Source: Chrysomallon squamiferum (lineage: Eukaryota > Animalia > Mollusca). Taken from it: a stretch of DNA of 64,000 nucleotides. Location: the NCBI GenBank assembly GCA_012295275.1, contig CM022673.1:4154001-4218000 (forward strand), in the 5' to 3' direction. Below the pieces are notes generated by a model. The model searched no databases. It saw only the letters and a program-made list of their open reading frames with translations, and was not told the origin of the DNA. Each line of letters begins with the position of its first letter. The first letter of the stretch is position 1. Position numbers and translations under genes: made by a program. Of the stretch, positions 25,127 to 38,525 are shown one piece after another.

Positions 25127-25629
25127 AAGAAGAAGAAGAAGAAGAAGCAGATCATGAACAACACGAAGAACAAGAAGAAAAACAACAAAATGTCTGACAA
25201 AAAACAACAACTGAAATGTATTTAAACATTCAATTGATTACTGGCTACATTTCGAGAAAAAAATTATTGTTGATAGTGGTGCAAATTTCAGAGAAACTAC
25301 AAATATATAGTATAAAAAAAATATATATATATATATATATAAACCGATATTATGATTTGGTTCTTGTTAGGAATATAAGTATTTAAAAAATATATTTGAA
25401 AATAACTATCTTTATTTTTCAGCTATCTAAAAAAATAATTTAGTTTCAGATATTATTATAAAATGAATAATTAAAAACAGCGAAAAAAGTTTGTGACAAA
25501 ATATGTTAGGTAGTAATTTTCAGTTACAGTTTTAAAATTCCATACATATGGTTTCCAAAAATATGCCAATATTATTATTATATTATCATAATCATCATCA
25601 TCATCATCATTTGGATCAGTCCCCCGGTA

Positions 25630-26075
25630 GGACTGACCATTAGATAAACAGTTTGAACTTCCTACGCAAAAACAGCTGTAACCAGATTTTTCCTCGCGAT
25701 ACAGAACAAGAACTTCAGTTTACGAGACAAGATCTGGCTGTACAGATCTCTGGACAGTAACTGCAGAGAACGAATGCTGCATGCGAGCCTTCGAAACGAC
25801 GTAACCCCGCAGACTACCCGAGGATCTGACACCATCAACGAAAGACCAGTGAGTCGGTTCGTCATGAGGTCAAGTTAACTCGTGAAGATGAGACAAAAAT
25901 AACCTTTCTTGACTCCTTTACCTAGACGATCCTACAAGGAGGGGAACATCGAAACTCTCCTGGCGTGATAACATCATGGAAGGCGGAGGAGAGAGGAATA
26001 TATGGGCAAGCATCATCTGCTTCTTGTCACGGATCCTCAACGATCTCTTGTCATGAGCTTACCTGACTTACAGAT
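25630..26075 (+). mobile_element. Degraded 3' fragment of an RTE-clade-like LINE
   Basis: Broken-frame peptides QNKNFSLRDKIWLYRSL, MRAFE, TILQG and SWRDNIME appear in the order of the post-RT C-terminal motifs of RTE ORF2 (K..LY.sl..., AFE, ilqG, W.DnI). A related copy lies at 59401. Confidence 0.6.
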
Positions 26076-26148
26076 TATTATTAATTGTTGTTAATAAATA
26101 AACCTGTATAGTACGATTTGTCTTTCCTGACTTGGACACAAGTGATGT

Positions 26149-27288
26149 TTAATAATCATCCTCTTCTTCCCACTTGTGCCGGTGTTTTCTAGATTTCTTC
26201 TTCTTCTTCTTCTCCTTCTGAGTTGATTTTTTAAGTAGTCTGAAAATAGTTTTAAAAACCATATCAGTGTTCCTGTCATTGTTTTCGACTTTGACCAGAA
26301 AAACCTTTTTTTCCTTTTTTTCCTTTTTTTCAGTACGTTTCCTGTTGAGTCGTTTTATGTTAACAGGTTTGGTCTCCTCATATTCTGCCTCTTCGTCAAT
26401 TTTCCTATTTTCAGGTTCTACCTCATCTTCTATATTTTCTAGTGGTTCCTTGGCTTTTGTAGTACTAGGTGCTGTGCTAGCTCTTGTGGTTTTAGGTGTT
26501 GTGGTAGCTATCGTAGTTGTGGTAGCTTTCGTAGTTGTAGTAGTTGTGGTAGCTTTCGTAGTTGTAGGTGTTGTGGTAGCTTTCGTAGTTGTAGGTGCTA
26601 CTGTAGTTTTTCTAGTTGTTGTCATAACTTTTGTACTTTGAGGCGTTACCGTAGCTTTCGTAGTTTTAGGTGCTGGCATAGGGTTAGGTGCTACTGTAAC
26701 TGTTTTAACTGTAGGTGCTACAGCAGCTTTTAAATTATCAGATGCTGCTTGGACCCTGCCAATGTCAGGGTCTGCTGTAGCTTTCTTATGTTTGGATGCT
26801 TCCCTGACTGTTTTATTATAGGCCGCTATTATATTCAGTAGTGTCCTGTTGATGTGACCATTTTCATCAAGGAAGACGCCGATATCCAATTTGCTGTCTT
26901 TAATCTTTTCCTCCGCGTCCATGTATTTTATCATCAGCTGCTCGGCAACCGGGATGGAGTCATCCATTTCCGCGTCCTCGTCTTCAATCTCCTCGCTCAC
27001 TGGCCCTGGGGGCGGGCCTAGCACTGGCAGGTCTCGGCGAGGTATTTTGTCCGATGACAGCATTCCAATAAGCTCGTCCACGTTCCTGTCCTGCCAGGGC
27101 GAGCCGTCAGCAGTTTCCAGGTCTGGGTGCAGGGGGTAGTCCGCGGGGTGAATTCCACTGATCTCGCTTACCTCTGGACTGATCACCGGCGCGTCGCCGT
27201 CAGACAGCAGACCTATGGGTCGCGTCTGGCTGCCTTGCAAAATGGCGCATAGCGTAATGAAAGGAAAAAACGTAATTTTGATATTCAT
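26149..27288 (-). CDS. Uncharacterised secreted protein (379 aa) with acidic N-terminal region, Thr-rich mucin-like linker and Lys-rich C-terminus
   Basis: 1140-bp ORF with non-repetitive sequence and a GC-rich 5' half. Signal-peptide-like start MNIKITFFPFITLCAILQGSQT. Acceptor cttctcggctttcag|G-ATG (AG at 27291-27290). N-glycosylation sequons NRT and NKT, TTTKATTT repeats, no Cys in the mature chain. No family recognised. Confidence 0.8.
   Translation of the reverse strand: MNIKITFFPFITLCAILQGSQTRPIGLLSDGDAPVISPEVSEISGIHPADYPLHPDLETADGSPWQDRNVDELIGMLSSDKIPRRDLPVLGPPPGPVSEEIEDEDAEMDDSIPVAEQLMIKYMDAEEKIKDSKLDIGVFLDENGHINRTLLNIIAAYNKTVREASKHKKATADPDIGRVQAASDNLKAAVAPTVKTVTVAPNPMPAPKTTKATVTPQSTKVMTTTRKTTVAPTTTKATTTPTTTKATTTTTTTKATTTTIATTTPKTTRASTAPSTTKAKEPLENIEDEVEPENRKIDEEAEYEETKPVNIKRLNRKRTEKKEKKEKKVFLVKVENNDRNTDMVFKTIFRLLKKSTQKEKKKKKKSRKHRHKWEEEDDY
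26495..26605 (-). repeat. Coding 27-bp repeat (TTTKATTTP/T)
   Basis: ggtagctttcgtagttgtag recurs at 26521, 26548 and 26575 (period 27). Confidence 0.8.
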
Positions 27289-27395
27289 CCTGAAAGCCGA
27301 GAAGACGTTATTTAGTTACTACGTACGCATCGACAGACAGTTCAGCTAAAAGAGCCTTTGTGTATGTATACACACACGTATAAACAGATGTACAG

Positions 27396-27433
<38 letters not shown>

Positions 27434-29429
27434 ACACACACGTACACGCATATATACGCATGTATGTACTCACATCTGCAATGTATTTATAGTTGCTAAA
27501 AATGAAAAATGATTTAAAAAATCTTTGTAACTACTACTATTTATGAATAAAATTTAAATTACACCTAAAATGTAAATAACAGTACGAGCGTATATCGAAT
27601 AATAATAATAAAAAAAATGATTAGTAATTTATTCAAGATGGATAAAGTTTGAAATATTATTTATTTATTATCTTAATTTTCTCTTCCTATTTAGCTACGT
27701 AAATCAGAAAATGAAAATACAGTAATTAGTATAAAACCGGGAAAATAACAAATAAAAAACGGCTTAATAAAAAAATATGTGTTTACCTGATAGCGATGAA
27801 CAATTGTCTGATTGTTTGATGACGTAACTTAGCGATTTCCATTACGTCACAATCCTTTAGTATGTGCGTTCTGAAATTGGCGGGGGATGAAGGGTTTCAG
27901 TTTTATCTTTTAATTACAATCATAGAGGGATGACGTGTCAGAAAATAATACGTTAAATAAATAAATAAATAATAATAATTATAAGCAGCCCAATCAAACG
28001 TCTATCTTGTTTGAAATATATAAGAAACTTAAGCTCTATTTTATATTATTTTATCATATTATGTTATATTTTATTTATTTATTTATTTATTTATTTATTT
28101 TATTATATTTTATTTTATCTTATCTTATCTTACCTCCAGATTACAGGCAATATCAAGGTTGGGGAGCCTTGTATGACTGTTTTACAGCATGATATAAACA
28201 TTCAACTCAAACATTATAACATGCAAAATTATATTAACAATTTCAAGGGTGGTTTAAAAAAAAAAAACAACAAAAAAAAACATTTAAACAGGCGTCAAAC
28301 AATTAAGTTCAGTAATCGAAGAGTCAAAAAGTAGATGAAGCAACAGAAAGAGAAGAAAAGGAAAGAGTGGATTCAAGAACAGATTCGTTACTCCTCCACT
28401 GTACACACATATTTGAAGAGTATTAAAACCTGAGTCACTATTCAACATTCGCTTTCTTTCCCTGCTAGCACAGAAACTCGTCCTGACAGGTGTGTAGCTG
28501 ACTACACATTAACAACACAGGTGTACACAGGTCAGTCACCGCAGTAACACTTCCACTTCAGGTCCGTGTTTAAGTTAACACAGGACTGTATATACACATT
28601 TTGTAATACCAAAAATAAGAATTAGTATTTAAACTTCTACTATTTTATTTTATTATTATTATTATTTTAAAAATTATTATTATTATTATTATTATCATTA
28701 TTATGACTATTATTATTATTATTTATCATTATTATTATTATTTAAAATTCATTTCGCTTATAACACTAACTTTTTAATACCTTTTTTCCATATTTTTCAT
28801 TTTATCTTTTTTCTTATACTTCTTTTTTTTTTTTTTTTTTTTTTTTTGTTTTTTTTTTTTTTTCTTTTTTTTTTCGTGATCTGAGTGCTTGTAAAGTACA
28901 ACGTACACTAATGTTGATTCAGAAACACTCTAAGTTTTTATTACGTTCAGTGTTTGCTTACGGTGACAATTATTGTTAAACAACTGAAAAAAAAATGGAA
29001 AAAATAAAACAATGTCTGCAGTTCGACTTTGCTGTTTCCACGTAAACGCACTAAAGTGACACGTAGACATTGTTCTTAGTAATATTATTCGTTTGCTAAT
29101 TACGAAGATGAAAAAAATTAATATCCACAAAGACCTGAACCCCCCCCCCACCTACAGCTGTCCTAAGGAATAAAAAACCATTTGGAAAAGAAATAGCTAA
29201 TAAATAAGTAAGTAAGTTAAAAAAGAAAGAAAGAAAGAAAGAAATTAAACAGTAAATAATTACAGAAAACAAACCACAGAGAGAAAGAGAGATAGAGAAA
29301 GATATATATATATATATATATATATAAAGAGGAGGGGGTGAAAGAGAGAGACAGAGAAAGAACGAACAAGAGGGAAAGAGGGAGAGAGAGAGAAAGAAAG
29401 AAGAGAGAGAAAGAAAGATAGAACAAGAG

Positions 29430-29508
<79 letters not shown>

Positions 29509-30350
29509 CGGAATGAAAAAGACGTTTGCATGTCAAAGTCAAATATCATTTTGGGAATCCATCTCTAATACGTTTGTTCCTGGAAGTTGATATAAAAGAT
29601 CACGCGTATGTCTCTCGCCAAACTAATCACGCCAACATTATTTTTCCCGTGACTGAGAAACTTATAAGGCTGTCTCTTTCGCCATAATAAGCAACTAGGC
29701 AAGAACGGGAAGCCTATAGTGGCCAACGGTACTTCGGTAATTAGAAAAACAACGATGTGTTCCGTCACGTGTAAACGTCGTATTAACGCGGCATGTTGGC
29801 AAATTCAGCTGGAATAATGGTTTTCTTGTCCGTGATCCGTTTCCAAAAAAAGTACAGAGAGTGACAGATAATACGTATACGTATGTGTATTGTGAAATCA
29901 ATTTTGTAACGGTGGAGGGCGTTTTGGAGACAGTTTGTAATTAAGCTAGTATTTACTTGAAGATGGGTTTTTTTTTTTTTTTTTTTTTTTTTTGCTATGA
30001 GAAAGACGATTAGTAGTGCGTTGATAGGTTAAAGTATATTCTTTGTTTGAACTTCTAAAATATATTTTCTTTTATATAGATGTATGTATGTATGTATGTA
30101 TGTATGTATGTATGTGTATGTATGTGTATGCATGTTTGTAGATGTGTGTGATATGTATGTATATATGTATGTACATACACACACACATATACACACACAC
30201 ACATACATACATACATATACACATTCATACAAATATATACATACCTAATAGACACATACATACATACACATGCATGCAAATCATGCACACACATTCATTC
30301 ATACATACACATATACCGAAGATGCCTGTACGTTTTATCGAAACTGTCTC

Positions 30351-30389
<39 letters not shown>

Positions 30390-30754
30390 AATATAAACTG
30401 TATTTAACATGTGTAAGACTCGACACGACATTGTTGCGCTGAATGATACGTTCCTATGTCAGATCGATCTGCAAATGAATTCCAATACATACATGACGGA
30501 TAAAACGCCTGCGATAAGAAAATAAAAATGTATTGCTAATGAGCTATCCGCCCAGAGAAGAAGAGGCTGGCTGTCTGTCTGGGGCGAAATGCGTGCGAAA
30601 CTGTTTGAATATAACCAGTTTCTACGTCTGATAGAAACACAAATATCACGTTGGAGATGAGACGGAGAGCTAAACGAGTTCTAACAACCACGTTTTGGTT
30701 GCAGTTCGTCTTCTTCGTTATCGTTTAGTTTCTTTCGGGGGATTTATTTTTTTT

Positions 30755-30811
<57 letters not shown>

Positions 30812-30895
30812 TATTATTATTTTTTTTTTTTTGGTTTGAGGGGGGAGGTGTGTTGGGATAAAAGGTTTTTGTAAATATATGTGTGTGTGAGTGTA

Positions 30896-30940
<45 letters not shown>

Positions 30941-31011
30941 TAGATAGATTGAGAGATACAGAGAGACTGAGTGAAAGATTGTGATTATACATATGTATGT
31001 AAATGTATGTA

Positions 31012-31069
<58 letters not shown>

Positions 31070-31214
31070 AAAGTATGTATGTATGTATGTATGTATGTAT
31101 GTATGTATGTATGTTTGTATGTATTTATGAATGAGTTGGTGTGATAATATAGGAAACAATATCACTTTGGGTCTATTAAAATAAAATGAAATATCAGTGA
31201 AAACAAAAGGTATC

Positions 31215-31704
31215 TTATAATCCATCAAGAAGTATGTTATAATTCAACAAGAAGTTTGTTATAATCCATCAAGAAGTATGTTATAATTCAACAAGAAGTT
31301 TGTTATAATCCATCAAGAAGTTTGTTATAATTCAACAAGAAGTTTATTATAATTCAACAAGAAGTTTGTTATAATTCAACAAGAAGTTTGTTATAATTCA
31401 ACAAGAAGTTTGTTATAATTCAACAAGAAGTATGTTATAATTCAAGAAGAAGTTTGTTATAATACAACAAGAAGTTTGTTATAATACAACAAGAAGTTTG
31501 TTATAATTCAACAAGAAGTTTGTTATAATTCAACAAGAAGTTTGTTATAATTCAACAAGAAGTTTGTTATAATTCAACAAGAAGTTTATTATAATTCAAC
31601 AAGAAGTTTGTTATAATTCAACAAGAAGTATGTTATAATTCAAGAAGAAGTTTGTTATAATACAACAAGAAGTTTGTTATAATACAACAAGACGTATGTT
31701 ATAA
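31215..31704. repeat. 22-bp minisatellite, 22 copies (ttataattcaacaagaagtttg)
   Basis: Head-to-tail units in exact 22-bp phase from 31215 to 31698 plus a partial unit. No spacers. Confidence 0.95.
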
Positions 31705-31799
31705 ATCATATTTCTTGGATAATAAGATGATCATTAGCGTGGGCAGCGGTCAGTATTTACACATACACCGGACCTGTCCGAGGTCGCTGACATTAAGAA

Positions 31800-32145
31800 A
31801 AAGGAAAACAACCACCATTACGAAGACGAGACCTACAATTTCCAAAAACCTCAAAAATCAAGAGAGCTAAAAATGGTCAAACTAATGGCCCGCGACCCTT
31901 GCGGCTTCCCACGGCAGAATGATGATGCTGGGCCGCCAAGGATATTCGCTTATTATGAACTTGGAAGGAAAAGATCTCGTGGCAATTCCATCCCTCTCGG
32001 ATATATTAGTCAGTTAGATGAGTTCACAATTGGTAAAAAGCCAAAAGTGATGAGAAAGGTATATTGCCCGCAGTGGCGTGGAATAATGACAGGATCAAGT
32101 ATGGTCAGAGTGGTAGCCTCGGGTTGTAGGGCAGATTAAGTGATC
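31800..32145 (+). mobile_element. Possible degraded LINE (RTE-like) 3' end
   Basis: ORF 31873-32139 contains PPRIFAYYELGRKRSRG and QWRGIM, reminiscent of the RTE C-terminal pk.i..w.p.GkRsrGRP ... R..Wr pattern. Weak similarity judged by eye. Confidence 0.35.
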
Positions 32146-34114
32146 TTCACGAGACTAGGATCTGCGTCTGTATGCTTGTTCAAACGAGCATGCAGATAAA
32201 TATGTCTTTGTACGTACAGACAGACGTGCTTTATTGGTGTACAAGCATACGCACATACACATGTATAGGTGGATACATATTCACTTATATACACACCCTC
32301 ATACAAACATACAGATACTTACATATATGATAGATACATACAAACATACATACATACATACATACATACATACATACATACATACATACATACATACATA
32401 CATACATACATACATACATACATACATACATACATACATACATACAATGGTAACATCGTCCGCCTTCGGAGTGCGGGCTAACGGGTGCTATACGTTCGAG
32501 TCTCGTCAGCGGCATCTGACAGGTTTGTGAGGTCGTGATTGGACTTTGTCCTCCTGCGTCAGTGCGTTCCCGAATATTGTCTGTGTGCAGAGTCTATTCA
32601 GACGTACATAAGACAGAGAATATTCAAAATCCTAAACTATATACATACATACATACATATGTACACTTTAACACATATAAACATACATACATAAACACAA
32701 AAAATGCACGCATACATTAAAACATGCATACATACTTATACACATATATACACTCAGAATACACTCCAGTGATCCATTCCATCCCCATCTTTGTTTTTCC
32801 TGTAATTTAGTGTTGAAGAAATACAACAGTTTGGCTATAAAATACTCTTAAAACGTGACCAGCAAGCACCACGACATCTGGCGGAGTTCACATGCTGCAA
32901 TACATTAAACGTGATGTTAAAAAACCCCAAACAAAAACAGCATTAAAGAAAAGAGAATTTAACGAGCCTCTCCCTGGTTATTAGCTTGTAATTTCAAACT
33001 CTGTGTAATTAAATTTCACTCTTTACTTGGGTATTTGTAAAATCATGGATATAATTTCACGAAAACGTAATTATATATACAGTCCCATTCATACATAATT
33101 ATATACCTTTAGATATTCATATACATAATTATATGATATTCATATAGATATATACAAATATATGTACATACGATATACAAACAGATACACATGAATTCAT
33201 ACATACATACATACATAATACATACAAACATATATTCACAACCATAAACATATACGCACGCACGCACGTACATACATACATCACGCACAAATCGACATTT
33301 TGATATTCGAAACACATTTCAGGTGTAACGAACGCTGCTCTACAAGAGAAATGTTAAAGGGATCTCCTCGCCACTCTTTTTCTTTAGTCTGGGCTCAAAA
33401 CACATCGGATTTGTTTTCACACAATAGTTTCACGATCTAAAAAGGTCTTCTTCCTCCGATTCGAACGCGCGGAATTTCGCCTGATTTTAAAGATCTGCAG
33501 AGTAGAAGACGGAGACTTACGAGTGACACTGAAGATAATAAACGCGAGGTGAGATCGTTAAAGCCATTCTCTCCTTAACTTTGAAACACGCCTAGGATGT
33601 CAGATTCCCTTTGATTAATGCGTCTTCTCTTTAATAGTGGCTTACGATTTCGATTCTGAAATGGTATTAATAAAATCTTTTGATTCGGAATCATCAACTT
33701 GTCTAAACAAGACAGCCTGGTCTTTATGTCCTGTCATATGAAGATGATATTAAAGACGAGATGGATGGATATTCCGTGTTCTGTGCCCGGTTAACATTAC
33801 ATAAAAAAAAAAAAAAAACATGACTTTTATTGGCAGGTTACTATGTAATGTTTGATGATCTGAAATTAGGTTATTTATATTTGTTTGCTTGTTTTATTTA
33901 CTTATTTAGTTAGTTAGTTATTTTGTTAGTTTTTTTGTTTGATTATTTCGTTCGTCAGTTCTGTGAATCAGAATAAACAAAGAAAAGAAAAAATATGAGA
34001 CAGACATAGATAAACAGATTGGTAGGTAGGTAGGTAATCAGACTGACAGATAGATAAACAGGTGCCAAAAAAATAATAAGCAGGTAAATAAAGAGATTAT
34101 TATTATTATTGTTG

Positions 34115-34166
<52 letters not shown>

Positions 34167-35899
34167 GTTTCTTTGCACAATGAAACCGAATCAGAAACCT
34201 CGATAACGTAACATGAATCTTCTAAGAATGATAATATTACAAACGTGAACGTAATATAAATATATAATACAAAAACAAAACAGTATTTGATATGCTTATT
34301 TCTGCGCGAACAATTAAACTCACGTAATTAAATTATATCTGGATTTTTACTCTTTTTTTTATTTGATGTAACGAAAGCAGTGTTTAAACTGTTTGTTTAT
34401 TTTTTGCCACTTACTAGGTGCAAAGTTTCTTTTTGTTGTATTGGATTTGACATTAAAGATCTAACGTTTCATTTAAATTATAAATGATGTCAAAATTTCG
34501 CTTATTCTGTCACTGTGATAACATTTCCTTAATATATGAGACGTAAATGCATTGTTCTTTAGGAATCTTACATGTCAGTAATAATATAATAATAAATATG
34601 GATTATTACGTATGTATCCTCAAAAGAAGAAAAAAAAAAAAAAAAAGATGGAGACAGACAGAAAAAATTAAGATATATTTCTTTGTATGTATGTATATAT
34701 GTATTATGTATGTATGTATGTACGTATGTACGTATGTACGTATGTATGCATGTATGTATATAATGTTTGTGTGTATGTACGTATGTATATATATGTGTGG
34801 ATGTATGTGTATGTAGTTTTAGGATTTTGATGTGTGTGTATATATGTATGTATATATATTTGTGTGCGCGTATGAATGTTCATTTATGCATTTGTGTGTG
34901 TGTACATGTGTAAATATTCAATGGCAATTTTAACTGTTTTTCAATCCATTCAGCAAAACGTATACTTGTACATAAGTATTAAAATAAGAATATCACCATA
35001 CATCACAATAATCCGTATATTTATTAATACGTTATAATTTGAACTTCAGTGAAGCATAATCTTGGCTGCGTATATCACGAAATACTGACTGTGATAGGTA
35101 ATATATGTATATACAGTCGTGCATCGTAACACAAGGACGCTGAGAGAGATATTACTTGTCTTACTACGTTGTAAACCATGCAGATCGCGGACGTTACGCG
35201 ACGTCAAATCAACAGCGTTGACGTTTCCCATTATCACATAGATAAGTACAGATTTATTAATAAGAACGCGCTCCGCGGTAAATCTCTCTTTGTTTTATAG
35301 ATTTTGGCGTCAGCGTTTTTACACGTAGCTACACTTAATTACAAAGTTAATGGAGTTTTTGTTTTTCGACCTTTTCCACGGCTCGTAATGGCGTTAATTT
35401 AAGTGGCGTTATTTGAATGGCTTGTTTAAACTTAGTTGTATTGTTTCTTAATATCAGACTACTACGCTGATTTAGTTCAAGATCTGTTTGTAAAGTGTGC
35501 CTGTCTTCAAATAATGTCTAATAAAAAAAATAAAAAAAAAAAAAAAAAAGATAAAATAAATAGTATTTTCACAGTCAATTCAAACGATTTCTAAGCGTGT
35601 AACAACATTGTAATACCGCGTCGTAATTGTTATTTTCGTTTGTTTGTTTGTTATTGCTTTTATACTTGATTTATAAATAACTGAACGAAATACAAGTTTC
35701 TGCGAAACGCCCCCTCCCACAAAAAATATAATAATAAAAAAATAAAAAAATTTGTCTAATGAGGGATGGTTTGAATGGAGACGAAATTCTTCAAGTTCTA
35801 AAAGCGTACTGAAAATAAATCTGATAAAAATTTAATGCTTATTAGACAACATGCATGTTTAATGAACGAGCGAGAATTTTATAATTTTAATTAGTGGAT

Positions 35900-35960
<61 letters not shown>

Positions 35961-36017
35961 CTTATTCGTGTATGTGTCAAGTTTAATATCTGTTTCGGGT
36001 TTTTGTTTGTAGATGTA

Positions 36018-36055
<38 letters not shown>

Positions 36056-36125
36056 TAATTTTGAATGTTAATTACCAAATGTAATTAAAGTCCATAGCAT
36101 CTATTTATTATTATTAATTAGCAAA

Positions 36126-36173
<48 letters not shown>

Positions 36174-36601
36174 TCTTTAAGTTCATAAAGAAGATTACTG
36201 TAAATATATGGGTTAGACCGATGGCCGAAATCTTTCACTATTGTTACGTTAAATTTTATACTTTTATCCTTTAATAATTTTTATTTTTATTTTATTTATT
36301 ATTCCTTTTCATCATCTTCTTCTTCTTCTTATCTATCTCTCTCTTTTTCTTCTTTTTTTCTCTTTTTTTTTGTAGTATACATCTTTTGGTCATATAGGCA
36401 TGGAATGAGGTCATGTGACAATGTTGTGATTGCCTTCCGGAAGCATGTCATTTTCAGGGTGTTAACATCACTTTGACGGTGTCACTTTCACAGTGCAGCT
36501 CGATCTCGAGTTTTTCAAAATTGAAATTTCACCCGAAGCTAAACGGTACGGCGGAAGATAATCGCATATAATTGGAATTTAAAAAAACAAACATATTTTG
36601 T

Positions 36602-36710
<109 letters not shown>

Positions 36711-37660
36711 ATACAACATATGAAACTAACAAACAACAACAACAAAAATAATATTTCAAAGTTACTTCTGAAACTAGAAAATTAAAATTAAATAAAACAA
36801 GTCAAATCAAAAGAAAAGAAAAACGTTTTTGCTCATGTATATATAACAACATACTAGATTTGCGATTGCGATGTATGTGACTGTGTGTGTGTTTGGTGTG
36901 TGTGCGTGTGCGTGTGTGTGTGTGTGTGTGCGTGTGTGGATCTATAAAAAATGTATGTTGATCTACTGGTGCATGGAAATTTAAACCAACGACTTAAATA
37001 TTTAAATATTTAACCTGAGAGTACAAAAGAACTGAGCGAACACAGAGTAGTAAGTAATGAACATTTTACGCCTGTCGCATATCAAGGGAGTGCTTACACA
37101 CCAAAACCATCACGTTTGTCGTTGCTTTTAATTATTTACGAACATTTCATTATAAATACCTTTTGTCTTAACACGGATGAACAGTTTTCTGCTTTTGATC
37201 AATTTTCTATCAAATCTCTTGACTATATTTCACTAACTTTTTTTTTTCTCATGTTATTTAAAAAACACTGTAGATTTTTTCTTTGCTTTTGTTGTCTGGA
37301 AAGAATCATTACCGTTAAATAATTAAGACAGTTATACGAAACGTTTAATGAATGAAATAATTATTTATTATTAAACTGTGCTAACGTCATACTCTGTGAC
37401 ATAAAAGCCTCTGCCAGTCTTGCTCTGGGTTTTAGTTCTGTCAAGCACTCATACAAATTTTATAACCAGTGTTTATTGCGGTGATTTCATTTCATGGTTG
37501 AATCTCAAAAGAATTTTCTGCATTTGTCTAACATTAAAGAACGTAAGAGAATACTTTTTATTTATTAATATCTGGTAATTAAAAAATTTTAAATTAAAAA
37601 TTCAGTTACAATTCTCTGTCTGTATGTCTATGTCTGTGTCTGTCTCTGTCTCTGTCTCTG

Positions 37661-37706
<46 letters not shown>

Positions 37707-38304
37707 GCTTTCTACTTTCTATCCATCCATCTAATCATTACATGTCTGTCTGTCTGTCTGTCTGCTTCCGTGTCTGTCTCTCTGTTTCTATCCATCTTTC
37801 TGCACATATGTATGTGAATGTCCTGTATCTATATATGTTTGTATGTTCATAGGTATATATGTATGTATATATGTATGTATGTGCGTATGTGTGTGTGTAT
37901 ATATATATATGTATGTATGTATGTATGTATTTAGGTGTCTTTGTATGTATGTATGTGCGTGCGTACGTTTGTATGTTCATACTCACATACATACAATGCT
38001 AAATACAAATTCCCTCAAAGACGTTTTAATTACACTCCATGAGTACGACCATGTCCAGCAATACAGCTGCTGCATTAGTCCATCACTTTATCAGCACTCA
38101 TCACATTTCCCTGCAGAGACTTCCTACGCTAGGAGGACGTTAAGCTGACAACCTCTTCTTGCGTTTATCTCGACTCAAAACACGGCCAAGCTGATACGGA
38201 AGAACGAAATAGTCTGCGAATGTCTATTCTGTACACTGACCACAGTTCCTTCCGCGGTCACCACTTTCAGGTTTCGTTTTATGCGCGAGTAACGTGTATA
38301 ATGA

Positions 38305-38525
38305 GAGAGTTCACTTTGTGCACGGTGTGTGTTAGATACTGCACGTTCTGCACGGTCATTGTTGCACTTTGAACACGGTTGTCATGGATTAGATATTCAC
38401 GTCTAGCGCGGTCGTTGCGCATTTAAATATTTCACTTTCTGTACGGTTGCTTTGTACATCGAAGAGTTTACTTTATGCATGGTCATTTGTATTAGAGAGG
38501 GTGCACTGTCTACGATTTTGCACTG
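38305..38525. repeat. Degenerate tandem repeat, unit about 30-35 bp
   Basis: The core (t/g)cacttt.tgcacggt recurs about 7 times (about 38310, 38341, 38364, 38397, 38432, 38468, 38502). Confidence 0.6.

Noticed and set aside
26267-27139. Plus-strand ORFs of 124 and 82 aa
   Set aside because: Antisense shadows of the 379-aa minus-strand gene.
31215-31704. CRISPR-like array
   Set aside because: Units are head-to-tail with no unique spacers, there are no cas genes, and the context is eukaryotic.
32624-34830. Short inverted pair tcaaaatcctaaa(a)cta about 2.2 kb apart, possible TIRs
   Set aside because: Only about 17 bp beside (TACA)n tracts, with no target-site duplication or transposase trace.
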